This document shows positions 1 through 8,668 of a stretch of DNA of 64,000 nt, in pieces (position 1 is the stretch's first letter; each line of letters begins with the position of its first letter). This stretch comes from a virus (lineage: Duplodnaviria > Caudoviricetes): IMG/VR virus record IMGVR_UViG_3300021093_000004. One strand, 5' to 3'. The notes under the pieces are model-generated. The model saw only the letters and a program-made list of their open reading frames with translations. It had not been told where the DNA came from and ran no database searches. Position numbers and translations under genes: made by a program.

Positions 1-3
1 GAC

Positions 4-438
4 ATGGGCGACTCCATGGATGATATGGGCGATGCCGGTGATGATACTTCCGGAATGTCGCCGGTCGATTCTATCAATGCTCCCGGAGATGATGCTGGAG
101 ACATGGGTGGCGATGATGATGCCATGCCAGACTTCGAAAATGGCGAAGATTCGATGGATGGAGAAGTCGCTGGTCCACCAGAAATGGGAGACGAGGAGGA
201 CGAGGAGGAAGAGGAGGAAGTGGAGGAAGAGGACGAAACCGAAGGAATGGTCGAAGATCAGGATGTGACCAGTCCATCGAATGCCAAATATACCAAGCAC
301 GTAAAGGATAATTTACGTGATATGCCAACTCCGAAGTTGCCGAAGGCCACTGACGACGAGTTAGAGGACATTGGTCCGACCGTCAAGAAGGATGATGGCA
401 CCGGAACCAAGCCGCCAACGGCGAAAAAGGGAGATTAG
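4..438 (+). CDS. Acidic low-complexity protein, probable prohead core protein (likely 5'-truncated by the window edge)
   Basis: D/E-rich with a poly-E run; frame is open at position 1; lies directly upstream of the prohead protease. Confidence 0.45.
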   Translation: MGDSMDDMGDAGDDTSGMSPVDSINAPGDDAGDMGGDDDAMPDFENGEDSMDGEVAGPPEMGDEEDEEEEEEVEEEDETEGMVEDQDVTSPSNAKYTKHVKDNLRDMPTPKLPKATDDELEDIGPTVKKDDGTGTKPPTAKKGD

Positions 439-441
439 TGA

Positions 442-1224
442 ATGTTGCCTAGCCGTCGATCATATGCCACGCTTATGGAAGAGCGTGGTTTCCCTGCCAT
501 CAATCGGGGATTAATCGCTGAAACTGGTGTTATTCCTACCGGTATGCAGCTTATCCGTGATGTTTTCCCATTCGAAATTATTGATCGGAAAGAAACAGTA
601 ACGGAAGACGTTAACGGCAAAGAAGTTCCAGTGATGCGAGTCACTGGGCTTTTCCAAATGGGCGACAAAGAGAACGCCAATCAACGCTTCTATCCAAGCA
701 ATGATGTTCTTGCTCCTGCTGTTCGGGGAATTCAAGAAGACGTTTCTCATCGAGCCGTGATGGGTGAATTTGACCACCCAGCCGATGCCAAAATCCATCT
801 CGACCGCGTAAGCCATCTGATCACGAAAGTGTGGATGGATGGGAAGAAGGTATTCGGTGAAGCTGAAGTGCTTCACAAACTGCCTTGCGGTTCATACCTT
901 CGCGGGTTGTTTGAACATAAAGTTCGAGTTGGTATTTCATCCCGTGGTGTGGGTGATATGGAAGTCGCGGAACACCATGGACATCAGATTTATCGCGTGA
1001 TGCCTGGATATTCATTTGTGACGTGGGACGCTGTGGCGGAACCGTCAGTGAATGGGGCAATTCTGCAAATCCAAGAAAGCCTGAGTCGGCGGTTGAAACC
1101 AATTAAGGAATCCCGCAATCGATTCAGTCCGCAAGCATACCAAAATCTCTTGGTTCAAGAGATTGAAAGTTACTTCGGTTTGGACAAGCGTGGACCAAAG
1201 ATTCCGAGCCGGTCTCGGAGATAA
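442..1224 (+). CDS. gp21: T4 gp21-like prohead core protease
   Basis: Motifs GEFDHP, RVSH, GISSRGVG, TWDAVAEPS; position ahead of scaffold and MCP. Confidence 0.92.
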   Translation: MLPSRRSYATLMEERGFPAINRGLIAETGVIPTGMQLIRDVFPFEIIDRKETVTEDVNGKEVPVMRVTGLFQMGDKENANQRFYPSNDVLAPAVRGIQEDVSHRAVMGEFDHPADAKIHLDRVSHLITKVWMDGKKVFGEAEVLHKLPCGSYLRGLFEHKVRVGISSRGVGDMEVAEHHGHQIYRVMPGYSFVTWDAVAEPSVNGAILQIQESLSRRLKPIKESRNRFSPQAYQNLLVQEIESYFGLDKRGPKIPSRSRR

Positions 1225-1244
1225 CACTAAGTTTTCTATATTCG

Positions 1245-1255
1245 AGCAAAAATAA
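1245..1255 (+). promoter_or_regulatory. Candidate late-promoter motif (GAGCAAAAATA)
   Basis: Related copies at 3778, 15467(-), 45282(-), 49444 and 60943(-). Confidence 0.4.
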
Positions 1256-1286
1256 CTTTCAGCAAGCTCGTGAGGAGTAGATTGTT

Positions 1287-2006
1287 ATGAACAAGATCAA
1301 GACACTCTTGGAAAAGGCAGGTTGCAACCAGGACTTGGTTGGCAGCATCTGCGAGGCCCTTGAGGACTACAAGACAACTCTTCGTGAGCAATACGATTCT
1401 GACTACCAGAATCGTATCGAGCAGGCTAAGAAAGTCTGCATCGAAGAGACGGAAGCACACAAGAGAGAACTCGCTCGTCGAGTTCAGATCTTCTGTGAGA
1501 CGAAAGCTGCTGCGATTGAGGCACAGCTTGCTAAGCAGTCGGCCCTTAGTGAGTCCGAGGCTGTTACCAGGCTTAAGAACGTTATGTCCCTCCTTGAGGG
1601 CATCGAGCCGAATGGTGAGCCAAATGGACAAGCTACAGCCGCGTTGGACAAGGCAAAGCTCAAGATCCAGCAGGTCAACGAGGAACGCACTCGTGCAGTC
1701 GAAGTTGCCAATCGCCAAGTAGCGATCTCCGAGAAAGCTCTCAAGGAGAATCGACGGTTGGCCGCAGAGAACGCACAACTCAAGCAACGCTTGGGTACGG
1801 TCTCTGAGTCACGCCAAACACAAGGCGGACGAAAGAGAATTGACGTAAGCCGTACTGCCACTCACCCGGTAACGACTCGTCAGACGCTCCTCGAAAATCA
1901 GGACCGACGCCAGCCACAACGCAAGGCTTCGCCTGTTCAAACCCAACCACAACGTGGGTTTAACATTGGTGACATTGCCGAGGGTATGGACGAAGACCTG
2001 ATCTAA
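1287..2006 (+). CDS. Prohead scaffold/core protein (gp22-like)
   Basis: Coiled-coil-like E/K/Q-rich protein between protease and MCP, as in T4-like gene order. Confidence 0.6.
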   Translation: MNKIKTLLEKAGCNQDLVGSICEALEDYKTTLREQYDSDYQNRIEQAKKVCIEETEAHKRELARRVQIFCETKAAAIEAQLAKQSALSESEAVTRLKNVMSLLEGIEPNGEPNGQATAALDKAKLKIQQVNEERTRAVEVANRQVAISEKALKENRRLAAENAQLKQRLGTVSESRQTQGGRKRIDVSRTATHPVTTRQTLLENQDRRQPQRKASPVQTQPQRGFNIGDIAEGMDEDLI

Positions 2007-2049
2007 CCTGTACCTGAATCGAATACTAACCAATAAGGAGTTTTAGCAT

Positions 2050-3669
2050 ATGTTACCAACGCGAAGCAGCCGTACTGCGGTGTCTGGCAACGCTCGTCGC
2101 CGTCATCTGGTTGAAGGTGCGGGAGCCGGTCGCCGTCCAATTACGGAAGAAACCGATTTGCACAAGGCATCAGTTTTTCACGAGTCCAAGAAGAATGCAC
2201 TCGTCAAGAAGTGGTCCCCGGTGCTCAGCAAGTGCCGTGAAGTCACGCCGCAGAAATTCGGCTTGATGGCGGCAATTCTCGAAAACCAGTACAAGCACAA
2301 CAATCCGGAAAATCGCTCGGTCATCTTCGAAGACCAGACGACAACCGCGAACATCGCCGATTTTACTCGGTTCGCTCTTCCGCTCATCCGGAAGTCCTAT
2401 CCGAAGTTGATTGCTGACAATCTCGTCGGCGTTCAACCGATGAGCCAGCCAGCCAGCTTGATCTTCTACATCCGATATCGTTACGCTCTCACGAAGGGAC
2501 AGACGGTTGCCGGAACGCAGATCATGCGTCAGAACACCGCTCAAGGCTCTGCCCGTCAGAACGGTTGGGCACTTGACCCGTATTACTCTTCGCAAGAAGT
2601 TCGTGGCGAAGACGCGACGATTGTCGGTGGCACAGTGATTTCAGCGACTCTGGCCCATCGCCCGGTTCTCGCTGGAACGGTCGTGGTCGAAGCATTCGCC
2701 AGCGAAGCCGATGCAGGCCCGAACTGCGATGACGCAGTGCCTTGCTTGCGAGTTACCTTCGATGCGGACGGCAGTCCCGATACCGTGTTGGTTGGTGACT
2801 GCACTGAGTTCACCGCTAACATCTCTGTTGATACGGTTACTGCTGGTGCGACAACCTTCAACCACACAACCGGTGCAGTTCAGATCACTCTGAGTGCCGG
2901 TGTTTTCCCGGGTGGAGCTGTCGCACGGGTGAACTACGAGTACGATCTCGAAGCCAACCCGTTCCAGCCGGAAGTTACGTTGAGCATCGACAGCGATTCG
3001 GTCGCTGCTATCACCCGCAAGCTGAAGACCTCTTGGTCGCTGGAAGCCGCTCAAGACCTGAAGTCGGTGCACAACATCGATGCCGAGAGCACCTTGACGG
3101 ACTTGATGGCCGACGAAATGGTCGCCGAAATCGACCGCGAAATCATCAACGACTTGATCATTTCCGCCTCGATTCGTGCTGATCACAACTTCGCGACGGC
3201 AGCCGGTGCATCGGTCAACTTCACAGACCGCAACATCGCGTTGATGTACAAGACGCTCGAAGTCGCCAACATCATCCACCGCACCACTCTCCGTGGTCCG
3301 GCGAACTGGATGGTGATGAGTGCTGACATCTGCTCGAAGTTCGAGCAGTTGAATGACTTCCGTGCATCGGACGCCTTCACTACAGAAGGTGTGGATGTCG
3401 GCATCATGAACGTCGGCACGATCCAAGGCAAGATGCGGATTTACAAAGATCCGCTCTTCCCGAATTGCAAGATCCTGCTCGGATTTAAGGGCAGCAGCGT
3501 TCTGGATGCGGGCTACTTCTACGCCCCATACATTCCGTTGCTCAGCACGCCGACCGTTCTCGATCCAAACAGCTTCACGCCGAACAAGGGTATCATGACC
3601 CGATACGGCAAGAAGCTCATCGAAGACGGTGGTCTGTACTACGCAACCATCACGGTCTCTAACCTCTAA
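2050..3669 (+). CDS. gp23: T4 gp23-like major capsid protein
   Basis: KKWSPVL, GVQPMSQP, RKLKTSWSLEAAQDL, EIDREII, AGYFYAPYIPL, GIMTRYG motifs. Confidence 0.96.
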   Translation: MLPTRSSRTAVSGNARRRHLVEGAGAGRRPITEETDLHKASVFHESKKNALVKKWSPVLSKCREVTPQKFGLMAAILENQYKHNNPENRSVIFEDQTTTANIADFTRFALPLIRKSYPKLIADNLVGVQPMSQPASLIFYIRYRYALTKGQTVAGTQIMRQNTAQGSARQNGWALDPYYSSQEVRGEDATIVGGTVISATLAHRPVLAGTVVVEAFASEADAGPNCDDAVPCLRVTFDADGSPDTVLVGDCTEFTANISVDTVTAGATTFNHTTGAVQITLSAGVFPGGAVARVNYEYDLEANPFQPEVTLSIDSDSVAAITRKLKTSWSLEAAQDLKSVHNIDAESTLTDLMADEMVAEIDREIINDLIISASIRADHNFATAAGASVNFTDRNIALMYKTLEVANIIHRTTLRGPANWMVMSADICSKFEQLNDFRASDAFTTEGVDVGIMNVGTIQGKMRIYKDPLFPNCKILLGFKGSSVLDAGYFYAPYIPLLSTPTVLDPNSFTPNKGIMTRYGKKLIEDGGLYYATITVSNL

Positions 3670-3697
3670 TCGAGACCATTCGATCCGCATCAATTCG

Positions 3698-3735
3698 AGT
3701 GGCCCGGTTGACAACAACCGGGCCACTTTCGTTTA
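3698..3735 (+). terminator. Intrinsic terminator after MCP
   Basis: 13-bp perfect stem AGTGGCCCGGTTG-acaa-CAACCGGGCCACT followed by TTCGTTT. Confidence 0.8.
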
Positions 3736-3846
3736 TATGTATTGAAAAGCGAGGGGCAATTCCCTTGAGAATTATTCACGCAAATTTATCTTGGATGTTG
3801 CGTGACATCCTGAAAATACGACCTGTTACCCGTATGGAGATGATGC

Positions 3847-4209
3847 ATGAAGAATTGGCTTGTAGCACTGTTAGCCCTAGTGGGCTGTGCTAGCCTTGCG
3901 GGTATTGCAACCGCGAGCGACGTTCAGTTTGTGACCGGTGGGTGCACTTCACCAGTTGTTGTGCAGCAGCAATTTGTGGCAAGCCCGTTTGTGATGCGAT
4001 CATTCGTGTCACAGGTATTCGTTGCTGCTCCGGTGGTTCAACAGCAATATCTCGCGGCTCCGATGGTCCAGCATAAAATCGTCGCGGCTCCGGTTTTCGT
4101 TCAACAGCGATTCGTCGCGGCTCCGGTTTTCGTTCAACAGCGATTCGTCGCGGCTCCGGTGGTTACACGGCGAGTCATTCGCCAACGATCGGTCATCAGA
4201 GGCTTTTAA
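3847..4209 (+). CDS. Signal-peptide, V/A/P/Q-rich protein of planctomycete style
   Basis: Hydrophobic N-terminus, VAAPVFVQQRF repeats, R-rich C-terminus. Confidence 0.6.
   Translation: MKNWLVALLALVGCASLAGIATASDVQFVTGGCTSPVVVQQQFVASPFVMRSFVSQVFVAAPVVQQQYLAAPMVQHKIVAAPVFVQQRFVAAPVFVQQRFVAAPVVTRRVIRQRSVIRGF
4081..4160 (+). repeat. 33-bp coding tandem repeat (about 2.4 copies)
   Basis: GTCGCGGCTCCGGTTTTCGTTCAACAGCGATTC repeated. Confidence 0.9.
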
Positions 4210-4246
4210 GCCTTCGTCCGACGTGAAGAGTGACAGCACTGACGTG

Positions 4247-4275
4247 AGACCCGGCCTAAAATGCCGGGTCTTACT
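4247..4275 (+). terminator. Hairpin terminator
   Basis: AGACCCGGC-ctaaaat-GCCGGGTCT; argues that the 5' part of ORF 4022..4843 is not coding. Confidence 0.6.
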
Positions 4276-4345
4276 GTATTTAGGCATCGTTTGGAAGTAT
4301 TTAAAATCATGCGAGAGTCCAATCGAGTGCCACACGGATCAAGTT

Positions 4346-4843
4346 ATGATAACAGTATCTGCCGGATATAAGCAAGAACGTGAAGCATATGTAGTAGGAT
4401 TTGGTCTTTCTGAAGACAATCTTGTTGAATTGCGGAAATCCCGCCCCATCGCTGTTGCTAATGACCGTGTTAAACTTCCCCCACCTGGGTGTGATTTCGT
4501 CATTCTCGCTGTGAAAGATCGAGAAGCAATTCAGAATGAATTAGACACAATACTATCACGTGTCCCTGTTATGACGGATGCATCTGTTCCAGTCATGTAC
4601 ATTGATAATAGTTTCTATGTCGCTGTTTTGAGTAAATCTGATGGGCGGATTCTGTATGTAATCATACTCGATGATATATCTTACCAAAAGCTTCGAGATA
4701 AGGTATTTCTCACTTTTCGATCACGTTCCGTTGAGGGTAGTACGACTTCTATTGAAGTCATTATCTTCTGGGGACTAACCGAAGCTGAGATGAAACAGAA
4801 ATTCGAAGAACGTGGGCTGATCTTCGACCCGAATATGAATTGA
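4346..4843 (+). CDS. Hypothetical protein
   Basis: 3' part of ORF 4022..4843; start moved to the ATG after the hairpin. Confidence 0.55.
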   Translation: MITVSAGYKQEREAYVVGFGLSEDNLVELRKSRPIAVANDRVKLPPPGCDFVILAVKDREAIQNELDTILSRVPVMTDASVPVMYIDNSFYVAVLSKSDGRILYVIILDDISYQKLRDKVFLTFRSRSVEGSTTSIEVIIFWGLTEAEMKQKFEERGLIFDPNMN

Positions 4844-4856
4844 TATATAAGGTACT

Positions 4857-5756
4857 ATGGCTACCAATTTTGATGATATTACGTTCGACGCACAATCGCA
4901 TACCTATAGGCTTGGTAATCAGGCTCTGATTCCTGTTACGTCCATTGTGAAATGGTTGACTCCAGAATTCCGTAGTGACGAAATGTTGGAAACAAAAGCC
5001 GCCACATCTGGAAGATCGAAAGCGGATATCCAAGCCGAATGGGATTCGAAGCGTGATATTGGATTAGACAAAGGTACGCGGGTCCACAATTATATCGAGA
5101 ATGTTCTTGAAGGACGTGATCCGCGTTTATTGCTTTCTGTCAACGACCATTTACATGAAATGAAACAATTTGACATCGCCTGGGGGCGTATGTGCTCCAG
5201 ATTGTCAGCGAAATTTGATCGTAAGGAGTGGACTGTTGGTGATGCTGAATTAGGTGTTGCTGGGCGAGTGGATGCTATTTTACGGATCGTTATTGAATCC
5301 GAAGAAAAGCGATGCTTGTTCGACTGGAAGACTGGGAAATTCATGGTTCGGAAGTATGCTCGTGAAACGATGCTTCCGCCATTTGATGATCTTCCATGTT
5401 GTGAAGAAATTAAATATAGTATTCAGTTGAGCCTATATCGCTTGATTATCGAACGAAATACCGATGAGCGATTATTCAATGGATTTATTCTACATCTCCC
5501 TGCCGAATATCAACACAATCTTTACAATGTAATCGATTTGCGAGAACGTCTTGAAACGTGGCTGCTTAAAATGCGGGCAGAAGGGCGTCTAGGCGATCCA
5601 GAGGGCGACAAGAAAGCCTTGCGAGTGGCTAAATCTCTGGATCAATTCGATGATGATATTCTTCGAATTCTGTCGCCGCAATCTCGCAAAAAATTGTTAT
5701 TGAAAGCGGCGAAGTTGTTAAAGCGTGGCCAGCAATATTTTAATGAGCCGACATAG
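4857..5756 (+). CDS. PD-(D/E)XK exonuclease (YqaJ/Cas4-like fold)
   Basis: GTRVH, AGRVDAI, FDWKT, QLSLY motifs. Confidence 0.8.
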   Translation: MATNFDDITFDAQSHTYRLGNQALIPVTSIVKWLTPEFRSDEMLETKAATSGRSKADIQAEWDSKRDIGLDKGTRVHNYIENVLEGRDPRLLLSVNDHLHEMKQFDIAWGRMCSRLSAKFDRKEWTVGDAELGVAGRVDAILRIVIESEEKRCLFDWKTGKFMVRKYARETMLPPFDDLPCCEEIKYSIQLSLYRLIIERNTDERLFNGFILHLPAEYQHNLYNVIDLRERLETWLLKMRAEGRLGDPEGDKKALRVAKSLDQFDDDILRILSPQSRKKLLLKAAKLLKRGQQYFNEPT

Positions 5757-5804
5757 AAGAAGGCCGCTTTCACGACCTTCTTCTATGTCGGCTCATTAAA
5801 ATAT
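5735..5804. repeat. 29-bp perfect inverted repeat with 12-nt loop
   Basis: ATATTTTAATGAGCCGACATAGAAGAAGG (5735-5763) and its reverse complement (5776-5804). Confidence 0.92.
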
Positions 5805-5809
5805 AGTGC

Positions 5810-6295
5810 ATGAAACTTCGCACTATACTCGAATTCGTAGAACCTGAGATTAATGCGGCAGATCCCGAAGATTGGGAGGCTGCTGATCAGGCAGACCGTA
5901 TTGCTAGCAATTCGGGAATTAGAATATCTCGGAATAAAGAGTTAACACTAGTCGCACAAGTAGGTGGCGAAGTTGTCGGGGCGGTTTGGTCAGCGTTCGA
6001 ACGTGACGATGAAGCAAGTCAAGAATACGGAGAGGATGTATACCGCTTCGATTTTGACGTTGCAGTTGATCCAAAATCGCGAGCTATGGGCATGGCGTCT
6101 GCTCGGATTGGGCCAAAACTTATTGATGCTGCTTTAGACCACTACCGCTCACTGAAATCTGAATTTGGAAATGCCTACATCCGTGTGTATGTTGTGAATC
6201 CGAAATTAGCCGGTTATCTGGAACGACGTTACGGATTTGAACCGGAAGGACGTGGATGGTCTCAAGATAGTTTACATATGATTTATCACGGATAA
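5810..6295 (+). CDS. GNAT-like acetyltransferase with MKLRTILE N-terminus
   Basis: EVVGAV, DVAVDPKSR..IGPKLIDAAL, YLERRYGF resemble GNAT motifs A and B. Confidence 0.6.
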   Translation: MKLRTILEFVEPEINAADPEDWEAADQADRIASNSGIRISRNKELTLVAQVGGEVVGAVWSAFERDDEASQEYGEDVYRFDFDVAVDPKSRAMGMASARIGPKLIDAALDHYRSLKSEFGNAYIRVYVVNPKLAGYLERRYGFEPEGRGWSQDSLHMIYHG

Positions 6296-7321
6296 TCCGG
6301 GCGTTTGTGTATTTCGAGCGATCTTGTCTTTGTCGATTCTCAGATTTGTGATAATATTTGTCATTCGTTCAATCATAAATCCCAATAATACTGCCGCGTC
6401 TGGAAAAACGATCCTTTCGGCACTTGAATGGCTGATATCTAGCTCGTTCCACAGTTCAATATTCTGCATTACTGTGGTTTGATATCCTCTAATTACTCTG
6501 GCTAGACCACAAATATTCTCACATTGTATAGGATTTCGCTTGTGCGGCATGCTGGATGATCCGACTTGGTTTTCTTCAAATCCTTCTGCCATTTCTTCTA
6601 TTCCGCTTTGTGATAATAGCCGAATATCGGTTGCAATTTTCGCGATTGCACTTGCCAATAATGCCCATTCATTCATGCGTTCTGCATAGATGCCACGGTG
6701 GATGATCTGCCCATCATACAAGCCTTCGACGAGATTCAGTTTAGACAGCGTGTTTATAACGACAGCACGATTGACATACTTTAGTGATCCTACACTATCC
6801 GCCAATCGTCCGTAATAAGCACATTTGAATGTTCCGTACCTGAGAATTGTGTGCAAATATGTATCGAACTTTTGGCTGAGTGGCATTAGTTCTGCGGCCT
6901 GCCCATGAGTTCGTCCCACGATCATAATTCCATCACACTCAGAGATTTTCTGCTTGAGTATAGATACGAGTGCTCGCAAGAGATCAGTGATAACTTCATT
7001 GCTGGCACGGATCATCATAGAAAAAGCGGTGTCAACAATGTCCGATGAAGTCAAACCATAATGCACGAATCGGCTGAATAATGGATCAGTTTCGTGTACT
7101 TTCGATTCGAGCCACTCAACGAATGCGACTACATCGTGTTTCGTTTGCATTTCTCTCGATTGGATGTCATCGATCCACGATGACTCGAAATGATCAGGGG
7201 CGAGAATGGAGACGGCTTTTAGTTCTGACAGAAATGATAATTCAATTTGCGTCCATACAAGGTATTTATTGCCAATGGACCAAATTTCTGAGATTTTTGG
7301 GTGATCGTATCGTGGTAACAT
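6272..7321 (-). CDS. purB: Adenylosuccinate lyase, C-terminally shortened
   Basis: MLPRY, HDVVAF, HYGLTSSD, GRTHGQAAE, GSSSMPHKRNP signature. Confidence 0.9.
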   Translation of the reverse strand: MLPRYDHPKISEIWSIGNKYLVWTQIELSFLSELKAVSILAPDHFESSWIDDIQSREMQTKHDVVAFVEWLESKVHETDPLFSRFVHYGLTSSDIVDTAFSMMIRASNEVITDLLRALVSILKQKISECDGIMIVGRTHGQAAELMPLSQKFDTYLHTILRYGTFKCAYYGRLADSVGSLKYVNRAVVINTLSKLNLVEGLYDGQIIHRGIYAERMNEWALLASAIAKIATDIRLLSQSGIEEMAEGFEENQVGSSSMPHKRNPIQCENICGLARVIRGYQTTVMQNIELWNELDISHSSAERIVFPDAAVLLGFMIERMTNIITNLRIDKDKIARNTQTPGLSVINHM

Positions 7322-7373
7322 TTTCTTCTCCGATAACTTTTTCTAGCTTTAAAACTTTGGAGAGGTCAGTTGA

Positions 7374-7565
7374 ATGTATGTAATTTTTGATAATCTAACC
7401 GGGAAATATTATACCGGTAATGGTTGGAATGCTGCATTGAAGCTAGCTCTTCAGCAAACTAAACTTCGTGCTGAAGAATTAGCTGAATCGATGAATATGC
7501 ATGTTGCTCGTGGATGGATCAAAGGCGAATTCGTGTTGATTGACTACGATTCAATAGATAATTGA
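7374..7565 (+). CDS. Small hypothetical protein
   Basis: ORF overlapping the start of the next gene by 4 nt. Confidence 0.45.
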   Translation: MYVIFDNLTGKYYTGNGWNAALKLALQQTKLRAEELAESMNMHVARGWIKGEFVLIDYDSIDN

Positions 7566-8278
7566 TGCTCCAACACAAACGAAACGAACGATGGGAACCG
7601 TCTGCCGACCAACTCAGGCAATCGATCAAGGAGCGGACATTACAGATACTTGGCGGTAGCTTAGAATTTCCTACTGATCATCGTCTTCGATATCTCCTTG
7701 ATAATATTGAATGCAATCAATTAACTGCTGTTGAATTCGGATCATGGCATGGTTGGCATACCGCCACGCTATCCAGAAAGTTTCGGCATGTGATTGCCGT
7801 CGATGCCCGCCCCACCAATGTCGCATTTGCCCTATTGAGGCTAAAATTGTTGGGCATTAATAATGTTGATGTAGTTTTATCCGATGTTCAATCATTTGAA
7901 TTTAACTGTGACGTTCTAGTTCATATCGGGGTTTTATATCATTTGTCATTCCCGATCAAGCATTTATACCATGTGTTGCCAAAATGTCATACTATCTGCC
8001 TCGATACCCATATTGGCGACGAGGACCGTCCTCATTTGACGCCATCATATGAAGTGTACAATGATGAGATATATTATGGCAAAAATTTCCCTGATGGTGA
8101 CTGGGATGATGCGTTGAGTGGAGTTTGTGGTACTAGTTTTTGGCCTAATTTGGCTGAGATTCATCGTGTTCTTAATAATTTGCGATTCAAGATTTTACAC
8201 GAACATCGGCATATGGTTGATCCTGGCCCGCGTGTGACTATTGTCGCTTCGAAACGATGCGGCAGGATTCTCATGTGA
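7562..8278 (+). CDS. Class I SAM-dependent methyltransferase
   Basis: AVEFGSWHG, VIAVDAR, GVLYHL motifs. Confidence 0.75.
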   Translation: MMLQHKRNERWEPSADQLRQSIKERTLQILGGSLEFPTDHRLRYLLDNIECNQLTAVEFGSWHGWHTATLSRKFRHVIAVDARPTNVAFALLRLKLLGINNVDVVLSDVQSFEFNCDVLVHIGVLYHLSFPIKHLYHVLPKCHTICLDTHIGDEDRPHLTPSYEVYNDEIYYGKNFPDGDWDDALSGVCGTSFWPNLAEIHRVLNNLRFKILHEHRHMVDPGPRVTIVASKRCGRILM

Positions 8279-8305
8279 GTATGTGCCCTAAAAATGGTGA
8301 CAAGG

Positions 8306-8644
8306 TCAAGTGAAATGTGTCACATAAAATCTCCAAATTTGCGCATAGCAAACGCCCCAGCTTGCGCGATGCGCTTCAACCGCTACGCCGTTAAGCTCTT
8401 GATCGAGTGCGTGCGCGTACTCGTGGAGTAACGTGTCAATCGCAGACAATGCCGACAAGTGTGTATCTACTTCAATAACAAAACGAATTATAGATCCATC
8501 GTTGTCGAGATATGTGATACAACTCCCACAGATTTTTTGCTTATTCAGTTTTTTACACACAATTCGCAAAGGACGTGACAACGGAAACTCACGCCGCAAC
8601 TTTCGAGCAAGTGTTTTAAAATTGTTTTGCATATTGCGTGCCAT
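8306..8644 (-). CDS. Small HExxH (SprT-like) metallopeptidase-like protein
   Basis: TLLHEYAHAL followed by H..SWG. Confidence 0.6.
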   Translation of the reverse strand: MARNMQNNFKTLARKLRREFPLSRPLRIVCKKLNKQKICGSCITYLDNDGSIIRFVIEVDTHLSALSAIDTLLHEYAHALDQELNGVAVEAHRASWGVCYAQIWRFYVTHFT

Positions 8645-8668
8645 AGTACCCTCCTTGGTATGGCTTGT

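Noticed and set aside
2170-3726. Long antisense ORFs such as 2641..3726(-), and similar ones at 41937..42662(-), 50001..50633(-) and 30595..31071(-)
   Set aside because: Shadow frames of well-supported sense-strand genes with no recognisable motifs
4022-4345. N-terminal extension of ORF 4022..4843
   Set aside because: It overlaps the 3847 gene out of frame and spans a terminator hairpin
4857-5756. Cas4 as part of a CRISPR system
   Set aside because: No cas1/cas2 or array nearby, and no clear four-Cys Fe-S motif; treated as a generic PD-(D/E)XK exonuclease
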